Shown one piece after another: positions 13,541 to 26,754 of a stretch of DNA of 57,835 bases. How positions within the stretch are numbered: the first letter of the stretch is position 1; each line of letters begins with the position of its first letter. The stretch lies in the NCBI RefSeq assembly GCF_001194135.2, contig NC_068984.1, positions 47,878,735 through 47,936,569 of the forward strand, written 5' to 3'. The notes below the pieces were generated by a model. The model was not told the origin of the DNA, searched no databases, and was given only the letters and a program-made list of their open reading frames with translations. This stretch comes from Octopus bimaculoides (Eukaryota). The position numbers and the translations under genes were made by a program.

Positions 13541-14509
13541 AATCCCTCACCGGATTACACACAGTTTAACATATATCCGTCTTTCTCCTAATTTAAAAGA
13601 ACGCTCTAGATATAATTGTTTAGAGTTGTAAACTCTCAATATTAACAAAGTTCTTTATTTAACAAGATAAAACGACGCAATCTAGATCCTATAAACGGAA
13701 TTATCTCCCTTTTCCTTAAAATTATTTGTACGGCAATCTTGATTGTCTTTTTTGACGCTGTTTTGTCATATTTAGTTTTCTCGCTCTTTTGTTTCGTTTA
13801 TTTTTCTTAAGTTATAGCTTTGACATTTGAGCCAGAACGATTGCCGGATACTGTAGCGTATATTATACAAACTCACGTATAACTCCTGCGTTCAGTAAAT
13901 TATATATATATATATATATNNNNNNNNNNNNNNNNNNNNNNNNNNNNNNNNNNNNNNNNNNNNNNNNNNNNNNNNNNNNNNNNNNNNNNNNNNNNNNNNN
14001 NNNNNNNNNNNNNNNNNNNNNNNNNNNNNNNNNNNNNNNNNNNNNNNNNNNNNNNNNNNNNNNNNNNNNNNNNNNNNNNNNNNNNNNNNNNNNNNNNNNN
14101 NNNNNNNNNNNNNNNNNNNNNNNNNNNNNNNNNNNNNNNNNNNNNNNNNNNNNNNNNNNNNNNNNNNNNNNNNNNNNNNNNNNNNNNNNNNNNNNNNNNN
14201 NNNNNNNNNNNNNNNNNNNNNNNNNNNNNNNNNNNNNNNNNNNNNNNNNNNNNNNNNNNNNNNNNNNNNNNNNNNNNNNNNNNNNNNNNNNNNNNNNNNN
14301 NNNNNNNNNNNNNNNNNNNNNNNNNNNNNNNNNNNNNNNNNNNNNNNNNNNNNNNNNNNNNNNNNNNNNNNNNNNNNNNNNNNNNNNNNNNNNNNNNNNN
14401 NNNNNNNNNNNNNNNNNNNNNNNNNNNNNNNNNNNNNNNNNNNNNNNNNNNNNNNNNNNNNNNNNNNNNNNNNNNNNNNNNNNNNNNNNNNNNNNNNNNN
14501 NNNNNNNNN

Positions 14510-14556
<47 letters not shown>

Positions 14557-17019
14557 CAGTGACAAAAACTGAAGATATGGAGAGAACATTTCTTGACACT
14601 GAAGACGGAGGCCGGACTTTAAGTTTATATGCATTCACTACTCGTTGCATTTTGATAATTTCTTGTACACTCTATCTGCAAAGATTTCAACTATTACGCA
14701 ATTCTGAGCCCCCAGAAACAGATGTCGGACTTGCAATACTGTGCTCTCTAACCCTAGTTTTCAATATCATTTCTACACCACGTAAGTCTGTTATGTAAAT
14801 ACATAAATATCTATAAGTTTATGCATGAATGTTCACCTTCTGAATATTTTTAGCCTTTGGTCCTCTCTGTCTCTCTCTGTATATATATATCCCCCATATC
14901 TATTTACATGTTTATATGTATGTATATTTTACATATAAATGCCAAGCGTGTCTATTTGTTTATTTCCATATCACCTCACCGAGATTCTTCTTATGGCTAC
15001 TCTTTACTGCACATACTTAGTATTCGATAAAGATCTAGGAGTGTAATTTCAAAATACGTGTATTCTGTATTGAACCTCTCAGAATCTCACCTGTTGACTA
15101 TCTCTCTCCTTCTGTCTCTCCCTCTTCCCATCCTTCTCTTCCTCTCCCTCCGTCTCTCCCTCTGTCTCTCTCTTCTTCTCCGTCTCTCCGTCTCTCTCCC
15201 CTTCTCTTCTTTCTATCCCTTCCGTTCTCTCTCTCCCTTCCTTTCTCTCTCTCTCTCTCTTCCTCCTCTCTTCCGTATTATTTGCTTGGTACCCGAGAAC
15301 AGAAAAGCTAACAGGTATGAGGTTTCGGATATCACTTTTCTTGGTGCAGAAGAAAATCAGGAGGAAGAATCGGAATATACTGGAGATGGAAAGAAAGACA
15401 AAAATGCATAAAGACAACCCAGCGTAAGAAACCAGTTGATGTTGGTATACTTATTTGGCCGCTGTTGGTCTTTATTTAAGAATAAATGTTCACACATGCA
15501 CGTACGTGTGTGTGTTTGTGTGTGTTTGTTTGTGTTTGTGTGTGTGTGCGTATGAGTGTGTGTTGTGTTCGGGTGTACGTGTGGGGGGTGTATGATGCTG
15601 GGATCATAAACATATTGTGATATTCCACAGAAATTGAAGGATGCTTGTATTTTCCTTATATTTAAGAAAGGAATGAGGCGAGAGAAATGAATCCGGAAAT
15701 TACAGAAGGAATTCTTTTCCTGTAAACACAGCTGTTAGATAAAAGATCTATCGTATCGCTTGTATTATATTTTACTATTTTAACCATCGGAATACAACCA
15801 CCCAGTTTGTATTAATTTCTAGCTAGTATTTATTTCATTGGAATCTACTTATCGAATCGCCTAATTGAGTTTTAACATAAATAATCTCCAGTCCATACTT
15901 CTTGAACACAAACACTAGCACACATATATTATCATGTCTGTGTACATGTGTGTGTGTGTGCACGTTGAGCTTGTTAACAGTTTTCGAATTGTAAGATCTT
16001 CACCTTGATTGATGCTTAATAAATAAAAGTGATAGAGAATGGCACAGTAATCCTCCCTTAGATTGAACGAACTGAAGAAACATTATCGATATCTTTTCAC
16101 TCCCTGCCAGATTTCAGTAGAAATATATAGAAAAGTAATACTTATTGTTCCCTGACTTCATTGCTTTCGCCAACGCGTGTGATAAGTTATGAATAATTTT
16201 TGAATGACAGAAAGTACACAATGGCATGATGTCTCAAAATGTTGAACTCAGACGAGAGTCAAGTACGGTTGCGTGCTAACCCCTATATATTTGGTTTAGA
16301 GGAGTCATTACGTGGTTCAACTGAATATGTATACAAACTTCAAATAATACCTGGGACTAACCTGTTAGAAACGTGTTATCTCAAATATAAAACTATGACT
16401 ACTCTTTATTAAGGACGGAAATGCTGTTTTCTGACGATTCTGTTTCGTGCTTTCTATGAACCATCGGGTATTTATAATCTGGTGATGCTGTTGGTAACGC
16501 AGACATACAGTTAGTATTGGATGTTAACATTCTGAAGATTGCGAAATTGGAAGAGACAAGCTGCTTTATCTTTCCAGGCAATAGAACCTGTAATGATTGT
16601 AGGCTTATATGAAACTACCTTGAGCAAGAACAGCTTTCCATTCCAAAAATCGAAGAGTGGAATTATGGAAAAACGAGTATGTTACCGAGTATATCAAATG
16701 CAATCTATACTAAATAATAGTACTATTTATCCCACTGCATGGATAAGAGATATTAACTTTATATCAAAAACAGGCAACATTTATGCATACATACACCACA
16801 GATGACATACCAGCGCGTGATTAGAAAAATCAACATGATTAGAAGAATCAACATGATTAAAGAATATCAAAAACAATATCATTCGGGAGATTGCTGAAAA
16901 ACTTCTGTGCTGACTTGGACAAATTATCGCGAAAGAAAAAACGATATACATTTGATATTACGACTTTTGCCTAGTACATATGGAAAGATATCCTTAATAT
17001 CGACGGACAACCTATGATA

Positions 17020-17083
<64 letters not shown>

Positions 17084-17204
17084 CGACGTTGACGATGATG
17101 ACGTTGGTGTTGAGGATAATGATGACGATATAAGTATGTACGTATGCACATGTATTTANNNNNNNNNNATATATATATATATATACATAATTAATAGTTA
17201 TCGC

Positions 17205-17440
17205 CAAGCCAACATGGCAGTCCCAAAATTAGGACGAAAGCTGCCGTGAATTAGCTCCAAGAAGCCATCGCCTCTAGCTAGCTATGTGACACACGAAACC
17301 TGTGTCCTTTATAACCTTCGAACAGGGGAGGTCAGCAGTGTCCCCCTGCTGGTTTGGCATCTGCAGACTAGTTTCAGGGTGTTGCCCCTTGTCAATGCAG
17401 AGCAGCCAAGCCCTAGCCAGGCGGCGCTGCTGACTATATA
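17205..17440. other. GC-rich structured element, possibly a LINE (RTE-like) 5' UTR fragment
   Basis: Nested inverted repeats: 17331-17342 pairs with 17423-17434; ggtttggc/gccaagcc; tctgca/tgcaga; gacaca/tgtgtc; catggcag/ctgccgtg. It is flanked by (TA)n on both sides. Identity is not established. Confidence 0.4.
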
Positions 17441-17487
17441 TATGTACACTATACATATGTATACTGAAGGCTCAGGGTTAGAGAATC

Positions 17488-17537
17488 AGGCGGTGCTCTA
17501 GCATGGCTGCAGTTACAATAACTAAAACAAATAAAAG
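17488..17537 (+). mobile_element. SINE family A 3' tail fragment
   Basis: ggcggtgctctagcatggctgcagttacaataactaaaac compared with ggtggtgctccagcatggccgagtcaaatgactgaaa at 34797-34832. Confidence 0.6.
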
Positions 17538-17893
17538 ACTACAAAAAAATACAGACACAAACTGATACATACATAGCTATATACAGTGCATGCCTGTAGT
17601 GATTTGCGTATGTAAACAGTAAAACGAATCAGTAGGAACTACAAAGTCCCTAGTACCATATAAATACAGTGTTGGTGGCAGGGAATATGAGTGTAATTAA
17701 ATGGAATTCATGCAGTTACCTGAGTGAGTACTAGCGTCTCTCAGGGGACACTTATAACAGTAGAATGTTTCTAGTATCTAACTGGTTATGAGTAATTATG
17801 ATGTGGAATTAATTATATCGATGGCTGCACATAAACAGGTATATATATATATATATTATTATTTATATGCAGGCATCGATATAATTAATTCTG

Positions 17894-17924
<31 letters not shown>

Positions 17925-18417
17925 NNNNNNNNNNNNNNNNNNNNNNNNNNNNNNNNNNNNNNNNNNNNNNNNNNNNNNNNNNNNNNNNNNNNNNNNNNNN
18001 NNNNNNNNNNNNNNNNNNNNNNNNNNNNNNNNNNNNNNNNNNNNNNNNNNNNNNNNNNNNNNNNNNNNNNNNNNNNNNNNNNNNNNNNNNNNNNNNNNNN
18101 NNNNNNNNNNNNNNNNNNNNNNNNNNNNNNNNNNNNNNNNNNNNNNNNNNNNNNNNNNNNNNNNNNNNNNNNNNNNNNNNNNNNNNNNNNNNNNNNNNNN
18201 NNNNNNNNNNNNNNNNNNNNNNNNNNNNNNNNNNNNNNNNNNNNNNNNNNNNNNNNNNNNNNNNNNNNNNNNNNNNNNNNNNNNNNNNNNNNNNNNNNNN
18301 NNNNNNNNNNNNNNNNNNNNNNNNNNNNNNNNNNNNNNNNNNNNNNNNNNNNNNNNNNNNNNNNNNNNNNNNNNNNNNNNNNNNNNNNNNNNNNNATATA
18401 TATATATATACATATAT

Positions 18418-18584
18418 ACGACGGGCTTCTTTCAGTTTCCGTCTACCAAATCCACTCACAAGGCTTTGGTCGGCCCGAACCTATAGTAGAAGACGCTTGC
18501 CCAAGGTGCCACGCAGTGGGACTGAACCTGGAACCATGTGGTTGGTAAGCAAGCTACTTACCACACAGCCACTCCTGCGACTAT
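18418..18584 (-). mobile_element. SINE family A head (young copy)
   Basis: Minus strand atagtcgcaggagtggctgtgtggtaag...ggttccaggttcagtcccactgcg shows tRNA-like A/B boxes, flanked by (TA)n. Confidence 0.85.
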
Positions 18585-20459
18585 ATATATATATATTTAC
18601 ATGTATGTATGTATGTATGTATGTATGTATGTATGTATGTATGTATGTATGTATATACAGTTACACAAACACACAAACCCGTACCTACATATATATGAAT
18701 ATGCAAAGTTATGGATATGTTAACGTAGAATATCCTGGAAATATAGGCATGTACTCACATACATGTAAACATATGCTGCGTTACCTACCCATAGAGAGAC
18801 GTAGAAACATGTACTAGTGAGCAGAGAATATCTCAGAAAGGATAAACACACACACACACAACATGAACATATACTCCCACATACATTGATTTACAAATAA
18901 ATATATACATATTCAGAGATAGACTCTCATGGATTTGTCAGCATAGAATCTTTTAAAAAGTTTTACACATTTTACATATGGGTGTTGAAATACACGTGCA
19001 TATACATAAATAAAACAGCACACAAGAATACACATCGTCAGTAATTCATGTATATTCACATTCAGATTCTTCCTACCTTGAGAGACTGGAAAAGAAGCAA
19101 CGTCAAACCAGAAAAAAAAAATAACAAAAAGAAAAGATGCATAACATTTACAACACCTCTCTTGTTCTAACTAAAGCACAGATAACAACAACATATGTAA
19201 TACGTAATGATAAATGTAGCAATGACAATTAAAATAACTATATACTAGAATGAGGAGCAACAGCTATTAAAAAGATTATGGATAAATCAGCAGATGTCAC
19301 TGATATCAACTACACCGGGAGAAAATACAATAGCAACAACAGCAAATAAACGACTCGATCTGTTAGAGTTAGTAGCCAGATATCCCTTCATTTCACACTA
19401 AACTATGTTGAAAATGGACTAACCAAATGTGTAATTCTATACTGTGGTTAAATAAAAGAATTACCAGATGGTCAACATTGAAGAAGCTTTTCGTAATATG
19501 AATGCTTGACAGGCTTTAAATGGGAAGCAGACAACAAAAAGACAATACTACAAAGCAAATGTACCTGAAACCAATAATCAAAACAACAGCAATAACACCA
19601 AGAATTACAGCCATTGTTCAGATACCTTTTGCTTCATTGTAGCTCAGATAAGAGTATTATATAATAGCCTCAAGTTTGCTAGAACTTGTAAGCCGAGTTT
19701 AGTAGATGAAAGCTGTGAGATAGATAGTGGTGGTGTTTGTGAGTGTGTGTGTGTAGTGTCTGTGTATGATAAAGTGTGTGCAGTGTGCGTATGCATGCAT
19801 GTGTGAGTGGGTGTATATATANNNNNNNNNNNNNNNNNNNNNNNNNNNNNNNNNNNNNNNNNNNNNNNNNNNNNNNNNNNNNNNNNNNNNNNNNNNNNNN
19901 NNNNNNNNNNNNNNNNNNNNNNNNNNNNNNNNNNNNNNNNNNNNNNNNNNNNNNNNNNNNNNNNNNNNNNNNNNNNNNNNNNNNNNNNNNNNNNNNNNNN
20001 NNNNNNNNNNNNNNNNNNNNNNNNNNNNNNNNNNNNNNNNNNNNNNNNNNNNNNNNNNNNNNNNNNNNNNNNNNNNNNNNNNNNNNNNNNNNNNNNNNNN
20101 NNNNNNNNNNNNNNNNNNNNNNNNNNNNNNNNNNNNNNNNNNNNNNNNNNNNNNNNNNNNNNNNNNNNNNNNNNNNNNNNNNNNNNNNNNNNNNNNNNNN
20201 NNNNNNNNNNNNNNNNNNNNNNNNNNNNNNNNNNNNNNNNNNNNNNNNNNNNNNNNNNNNNNNNNNNNNNNNNNNNNNNNNNNNNNNNNNNNNNNNNNNN
20301 NNNNNNNNNNNNNNNNNNNNNNNNNNNNNNNNNNNNNNNNNNNNNNNNNNNNNNNNNGATATAGATATATATACGTATGAATATATTCGCACACATGTAC
20401 ATGTGTGTGCTAATGTATATATATCTACGTATATGTAGACACACTAACACTAGCACACG

Positions 20460-20528
<69 letters not shown>

Positions 20529-21169
20529 GTGCTGGTACGTATATGTACTTACATGTATTTGTATAATGGTTTATGTACGCCAAAACGAACAAAATAGTCA
20601 AAATACCTTAGCCCTTCACAATAAAATTCCTGTATAAATCTCTATATGCCCTTACTTTTTTTTACAGTATTACTGTGGTTTCTGCTCCTCAGAGCAAGCT
20701 GGCCTCCTACCATCCCCGTGTAGACAGCCTTGGCTGTCTACTCTCCTATTTTCTCGTCAACCATCCTTTATGTGTCCTGTAACCTTAGAATTTCAGCTGT
20801 TTGGAATGAACATTAACAGCACCGATTCAGCTTCTTCCTCCAGATAATAGAAAAACAAATACAAAAGCCTAACAACAAAAAGAAAAGCAACAACCATAAC
20901 CTTACTTCACTATTACCACCACTACCAACAACAACAGCAACAACAACGAAATCAGTAACACAGACTTCAGTATAAACGCAATACATTAAAGAAGCTACCA
21001 TAAATGGAAATACACAACCAGTTCGCGCAGCCATCATCATCGTAACTATCATCACCAACATCAACATGGACAAGCATGAGAGGAACAGCAAAAATACTAT
21101 CTGCTATAGCAGCAAAGTCATCATCAATGATTTTAAATTTTGGTTCAAGGCCAACGGTTTTTGAAGGAA

Positions 21170-21520
21170 AGGCTGGTACTTATTTTATCAAGTGCGAAAG
21201 GAATAACGGCAGAGTCGACCTCAGTGGAATTTGAACACAGAACGTGGTGGACAGACGAAATGCCGCTTAATAGTTTGTCCGGTCTGCTAACGATTCTTAT
21301 TTCTTTATTGCCCACAAGGGGCTAAACATAGAGGGGACAAACAAGGACAGACAAAGGGATTAAGTCGATTACATCGACTCCAGTGCGTAACTGGTACTTA
21401 ATTTATCAACCCCGAAAGGATGAAAGGCAAAGTCGACCTCGGCGGAATTTGAACTCAGAACGTAACAGCAGACGAAATACCGCTAAGCATTTCGCCCGGC
21501 GTGATAACGATTCTGTCAGC
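21170..21520 (-). mobile_element. Two tandem SINE family B copies (older 21170-21297, young 21298-21520)
   Basis: Both carry gtcgacctc.g.ggaatttgaac.cagaacgt...gacgaaat.ccgct...aacgattc. The minus strand has a tRNA-like head with gagttcaaattcc box B. Confidence 0.85.
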
Positions 21521-22051
21521 GCAAAATCCTCAGCAACGTCATCAATAACAGCGTCTATGACAACAATGAAATCAAAAACAATACTAACAGCAAACATGAG
21601 AACAGTAACAACGCCCATAATATCAACAGCTGTAACATCAACGACCGTAATAATATCAGCAACACTCATGACAAGTAAGAACTGCAATATCATCGGCGAC
21701 CATAACATCAGCGATGACGGTGCCGACAACCGCATCGAAAAGGTGACAACAGCAGCGAAAACAACAATGGAAATAATGCGAACAGAGCTAACAGCAAAAA
21801 AACAATAACAAACAGTAAAGCAACGATGACAATAATAACGTCTATAAAAATAACGACAAGAATAATCATGAAATTAACAGCATTAGTAATAGTAGCATCT
21901 ATAACGAAAACAGCAAAGAGCAACAGTCGCAACAACAAGCTTAAGAGGAACAACAACAGTTGTCATAATAGAAATAACAACAACTAAAGCGTAACCATAG
22001 CAGCAATAGCAACAATGAAACTAAGCTTAGCAGTGACAACAAAAAGTCACA

Positions 22052-22088
<37 letters not shown>

Positions 22089-22097
22089 TTACAACTA

Positions 22098-22129
<32 letters not shown>

Positions 22130-22133
22130 ACTA

Positions 22134-22168
<35 letters not shown>

Positions 22169-22585
22169 ACTGCTACTGATACTACTACTACTACTACTAC
22201 TACTACAGTATGGCAGCAACGACAGTAACTAACAAACATGACAGCAACGGGAAAGGCAACAACAACAACAACTATAATAGCAGTGATAATAACAGGGATA
22301 TCAGTAGACGTAGCTGCAGCAGTAAGTGCAATAACAACAACAACAACAACAACGACAACGATAAGGTCGACAGCCGTAGCAAGTTGAGACACCACAGTTA
22401 CCTACCAACACTACATTACCACCATCACTTCCAGCTGTACTATCATCATCGAAAACTACAACAACAGCAGCAGCAGCAGCAGATATAACAACCTCGACAA
22501 ACATGAAAAAAAACAAAAAAGCCCTAACGATAACAGCAACATCTTCATCATCAACAACAACAACAACAACAGCAACAATTGATAA

Positions 22586-22805
22586 CAATTATCTCTGTTG
22601 TAGGCCCAAGGTCTGAAATTTTAGGAGAAGTAGCTAGTCGATTGCATCGACCTGCAGTGCTTGACTTGGTACTTATCTCACTGGCTCCGAAAGGATGAGA
22701 AGCAAAGTCGACTTCGGCGAGATTTGAACTCAGAATATAAAGACGGACGAAATGCCACAAATCATTTTCTCCGTTTTGCTAACGATTCTGCCATCTCACC
22801 GCCTT
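22586..22805 (-). mobile_element. SINE family B
   Basis: gaaaggatgagaagcaaagtcgacttcggcgagatttgaactcagaa...aacgattctgccatctcaccgcctt, with the 5' end abutting (ATT)n. Confidence 0.8.
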
Positions 22806-22815
22806 AATAACAATG

Positions 22816-22903
<88 letters not shown>

Positions 22904-23944
22904 NNNNNNNNNNNNNNNNNNNNNNNNNNNNNNNNNNNNNNNNNNNNNNNNNNNNNNNNNNNNNNNNNNNNNNNNNNNNNNNNNNNNNNNNNNNNNNNNN
23001 NNNNNNNNNNNNNNNNNNNNNNNNNNNNNNNNNNNNNNNNNNNNNNNNNNNNNNNNNNNNNNNNNNNNNNNNNNNNNNNNNNNNNNNNNNNNNNNNNNNN
23101 NNNNNNNNNNNNNNNNNNNNNNNNNNNNNNNNNNNNNNNNNNNNNNNNNNNNNNNNNNNNNNNNNNNNNNNNNNNNNNNNNNNNNNNNNNNNNNNNNNNN
23201 NNNNNNNNNNNNNNNNNNNNNNNNNNNNNNNNNNNNNNNNNNNNNNNNNNNNNNNNNNNNNNNNNNNNNNNNNNNNNNNNNNNNNNNNNNNNNNNNNNNN
23301 NNNNNNNNNNNNNNNNNNNNNNNNNNNNNNNNNNNNNNNNNNNNNNNNNNNNNNNNNNNNNNNNNNNNNNNNNNNNNNNNNNNNNNNNNNNNNNNNNNNN
23401 NNNNNNNNNNNNNNNNNNNNNNNNNNNNNNNNNNNNNNNNNNNNNNNNNNNNNNNNNNNNNNNNNNNNNNNNNNNNNNNNNNNNNNNNNNNNNNNNNNNN
23501 NNNNNNNNNNNNNNNNNNNNNNNNNNNNNNNNNNNNNNNNNNNNNNNNNNNNNNNNNNNNNNNNNNNNNNNNNNNNNNNNNNNNNNNNNNNNNNNNNNNN
23601 NNNNNNNNNNNNNNNNNNNNNNNNNNNNNNNNNNNNNNNNNNNNNNNNNNNNNNNNNNNNNNNNNNNNNNNNNNNNNNNNNNNNNNNNNNNNNNNNNNNN
23701 NNNNNNNNNNNNNNNNNNNNNNNNNATCCTACGTAAAATACTGTCTATGTGATCTCAAATTTTAAAGCAAACACATAATTTTCTTATGGTTTCTTAAACA
23801 TCCACTAGAACAAAACTGTACAAATCCAAATATATGGTACCCTAAGCATAACACCTACATGAACTTCTAACTTGTTGTCTCTTGAGGTCTCTGGGTGAGG
23901 CATGGATCCAACTTGTACAAATGCAAAGCAAAAGTCAAACATAA

Positions 23945-24018
<74 letters not shown>

Positions 24019-24809
24019 TATGATTGACAATGATAGGATCAAGATAAACAAGAGTAGCAAGATTAGCAATAGTAACCACAGCAACAATAACAACAGCAAC
24101 ACAACTATATATATTGTAGCTATAAACCCCCCACCCTACATTGCCATAAAGAACAACGAAACAATCCCTGAAGTAATAGTACCAACAGGAATAGCAACAA
24201 GAATAACAACATCAATAATAAGAAATGCAATCGGAACGGCAGCAGGAAGAACACGAACAACAATAGCAACGACAACAATAATAACAGAAAAGATATGACA
24301 GTGAAAGAAAAAGACTACAAGAGTAATAACAACCACAACAATAACCTCGGAAGCAACAGTGGCAACTGTAGCAACAACAACTGCTGCCCCAACAACTACA
24401 GCAACAAAAGCAATAATAACATCGACAGTGACCATAACAACAGCAGCAGCAATGACAACAGCAAAAACAACTTCAGCTATAACAACAGAAAAAAAACAAC
24501 AACTACCACAACAGCAACAAAAGCTATAGCAATCACAACTGTAATAACAGCAACATCTGCTACAACATCAACAATAACAGCAACCTTAAAAAAAAAAACT
24601 CACCACAGTTACAACAGAGAGGTGTTGGCAACACCAAGACTTTGAAACGAAAGGTAGGCTAACTGGTCATGATAACCTTTCTCAGTTGTCTGCGACGTCG
24701 ACGTTTCAGCGAATATTTTCCTGAATCTATAAACTTGATGCCATTCACTATTGCATTATTTAGAAGTTAAACGGCTGACAACAAAAATAATAACACGACT
24801 AAGAATGGA

Positions 24810-25200
24810 AGCAAATAATAACGATCTTCCAGAACTAAGAGATTAATATCCCTCATGTCATACTCTGCCTTGTTTAAAATGGACGGGCACATTAAACATT
24901 GTAGTCCTAGATGTCCCTTATTAAGGTTGAATGGTCATAGGTGGAATGACTGATTATTCAGTGTCACAGTCTAAATAACATCTATAATAGAAGCTACGAG
25001 AGAAGTTCTTGTGCGGTCGTTTGCATTACTAAAAATAGCGGCTAAATCTCCTTCAAATCATATCCGGTGTTCTCAAAAGTAAAGAGTGCAGTGCATAATG
25101 TAGTTTGGAACAAAAGGCATAAGGTTGCTTGACTGTTATGGCTGGAACATAATTGAGAATAGATATATTTCACCAGAGTTCATCTTTGTGTTAAATAACA
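24810..25200 (+). repeat. Unclassified dispersed repeat (two tandem copies)
   Basis: Core aaatagcggctaaatctccttcaaatcat...aatgtagt recurs, diverged, at about 5210-5280, 19370-19440 and 49375-49430 (+) and at 38900-38970 (-). Confidence 0.5.
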
Positions 25201-25210
25201 ATTATGAAAA

Positions 25211-25532
25211 CACTCCGTCGGTTACGACGATGGGTGTTCTAGTTGAGCCGATCAATGGATCAGCCTGCACGTGGAATTAACGTGCAAGTGGCTGAACACT
25301 CCACAGACACGCGTACACTTAATGTAGTTCTCGGGGAGAGTCAGCGTCACACATATTGTGACAAAGCTGGCTCCATCGAATGACAGATACTACTCATTTT
25401 TACCAGGCGAGTGGACTTTAGCAGCGTGAAATAAAGTGTCTTGCTCTATTTCACAACGTGCCACCGGGAATCGAACTCACGACCTCCAGATCGTTAACCG
25501 AAATCTCTATCCTCTAAACTACACACATTCAC
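25211..25532 (-). mobile_element. SINE family C (diverged)
   Basis: cactccgtcggttacgacga...ggaattaacgtgcaagtggctgaacactccacagacac...ccgggaatcgaactcacgacc is homologous to 9541-9921. Confidence 0.75.
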
Positions 25533-26754
25533 TAACAACTATGCTAATTTCTGACAGAGGCACAAGCCCAGCAGTTTTGATGGGAAAAATGGTTAGTTGA
25601 CACCACTGATACCAGTACTTGATTAGTATTTTATTTTATCGACCCCGAAGGGTACGACAGGCAAAGTTGATCTATGTTGGAGTTTTGCGTTCTAAGTTCA
25701 AGTGCCACTGAGGCCCATTTTACTTTTCTTCCCTTTCGGAGCCGATAAAATAAGGTACCAGCCAAGCAGTTATGTTTATGTACTCGATTATACCTTTCTC
25801 TCAAAATTGCTGATTTAGTATCTAAATTAGAAACATAACAATAATAGCAGAGACAGAAGTTCCAGTATCAGTGAGAACAGCAGCAATAATAGCTTCTGTA
25901 ACAACAAAAACAACAACCACGACAATGACGACGTATCTCCTTTATTTGGCACACAAGCCATGGCACAGAGAGGAGGGCACAAGGACAGACAGAACACCAC
26001 AGTGTGGACAATAAACATAAAACGAATGAATGAGGGATGAATAATAATTAATGAGGATGAACTCCACTCTCAAGCAGTACCATTTCAGTGTTTCAATAAA
26101 AAGCTTTCCTTCTAGCATCGTATGTATAGTCTTATTTAAAACGCTTACTCACGCTTTCGAGTTAATGTATGGCTTCATACCTTTATAATCCACAACATCG
26201 AACTCCACCTTAACTCCCAATGGGTCTATGTTGGTTCACGACAACGACGATGACTAAACTAGTACAACGACGACGACGACGAAGATGACAGCAGCAGCAG
26301 CAACAACAACAGCAACTACAATAGCAGCTGCAATGATAGCAGCAGGAACAACTACCATAACAAAAGAAAGCAGCAGCAACACCAATAATAACAGTTATAG
26401 CAACAACAACAACAGTTGTGTCATCAACAAGATGAACAGAAACAATGATAATATTAGTAGCCGTAGTAATAACATCAACAATTGTAGCAAAAGGCAAAGA
26501 AAAACAAACAAAACAAGAATTATTCTAAGACTACAAAAACATTCACACCATAGTTTGCAGTAATAGCTTTACTAAAAATAATGGTATTGATTCCTTAACG
26601 CCACAAGGGCGATGGATGACATCAAGAGAGAATCACTAATCATTGCGAATTTTCCATTGAATAAGATTAACAAAAATAAAAGACTTGTTAAATAATGATG
26701 GCAATACCAATAATTCTTTATTTATCATACAGCTATAATGGTTTTTTGATTTAG

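Larger units (their letters stand above)
20840..26570. repeat. Long cryptic trinucleotide-repeat field (AAC/AAT/AGC/ACT), A-rich on +
   Basis: Continuous degenerate aac/aat/agc/act/gac repeats, with pure runs at 22050-22205, 22820-22903 and 23945-24015, interrupted by SINEs and one N gap. Confidence 0.85.

Noticed and set aside
14599-14618. CTGAAGA-cgg-agg-ccg hairpin
   Set aside because: It is followed by GACT rather than GAAA and has no stem I.
17213-17260. gtcc-caaaatta-ggac GAAA gct..agc TC, resembling the stem II/III half of a Schistosoma-type hammerhead
   Set aside because: There is no CUGANGA before stem II (catggca) and no stem I partner. It is kept only as part of the structured-element finding.
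22752-23765. Longest ORFs in the track (337 aa etc.) and all other X-rich ORFs
   Set aside because: They run through N gaps (here 22904-23725) and (AAT)n/(TA)n/(CA)n repeats, so they are artefacts.
21383-24645. Poly-Ser/Thr/Asn/Val ORFs
   Set aside because: These are translations of the trinucleotide field and SINEs, with no domain, splice or start-context support.
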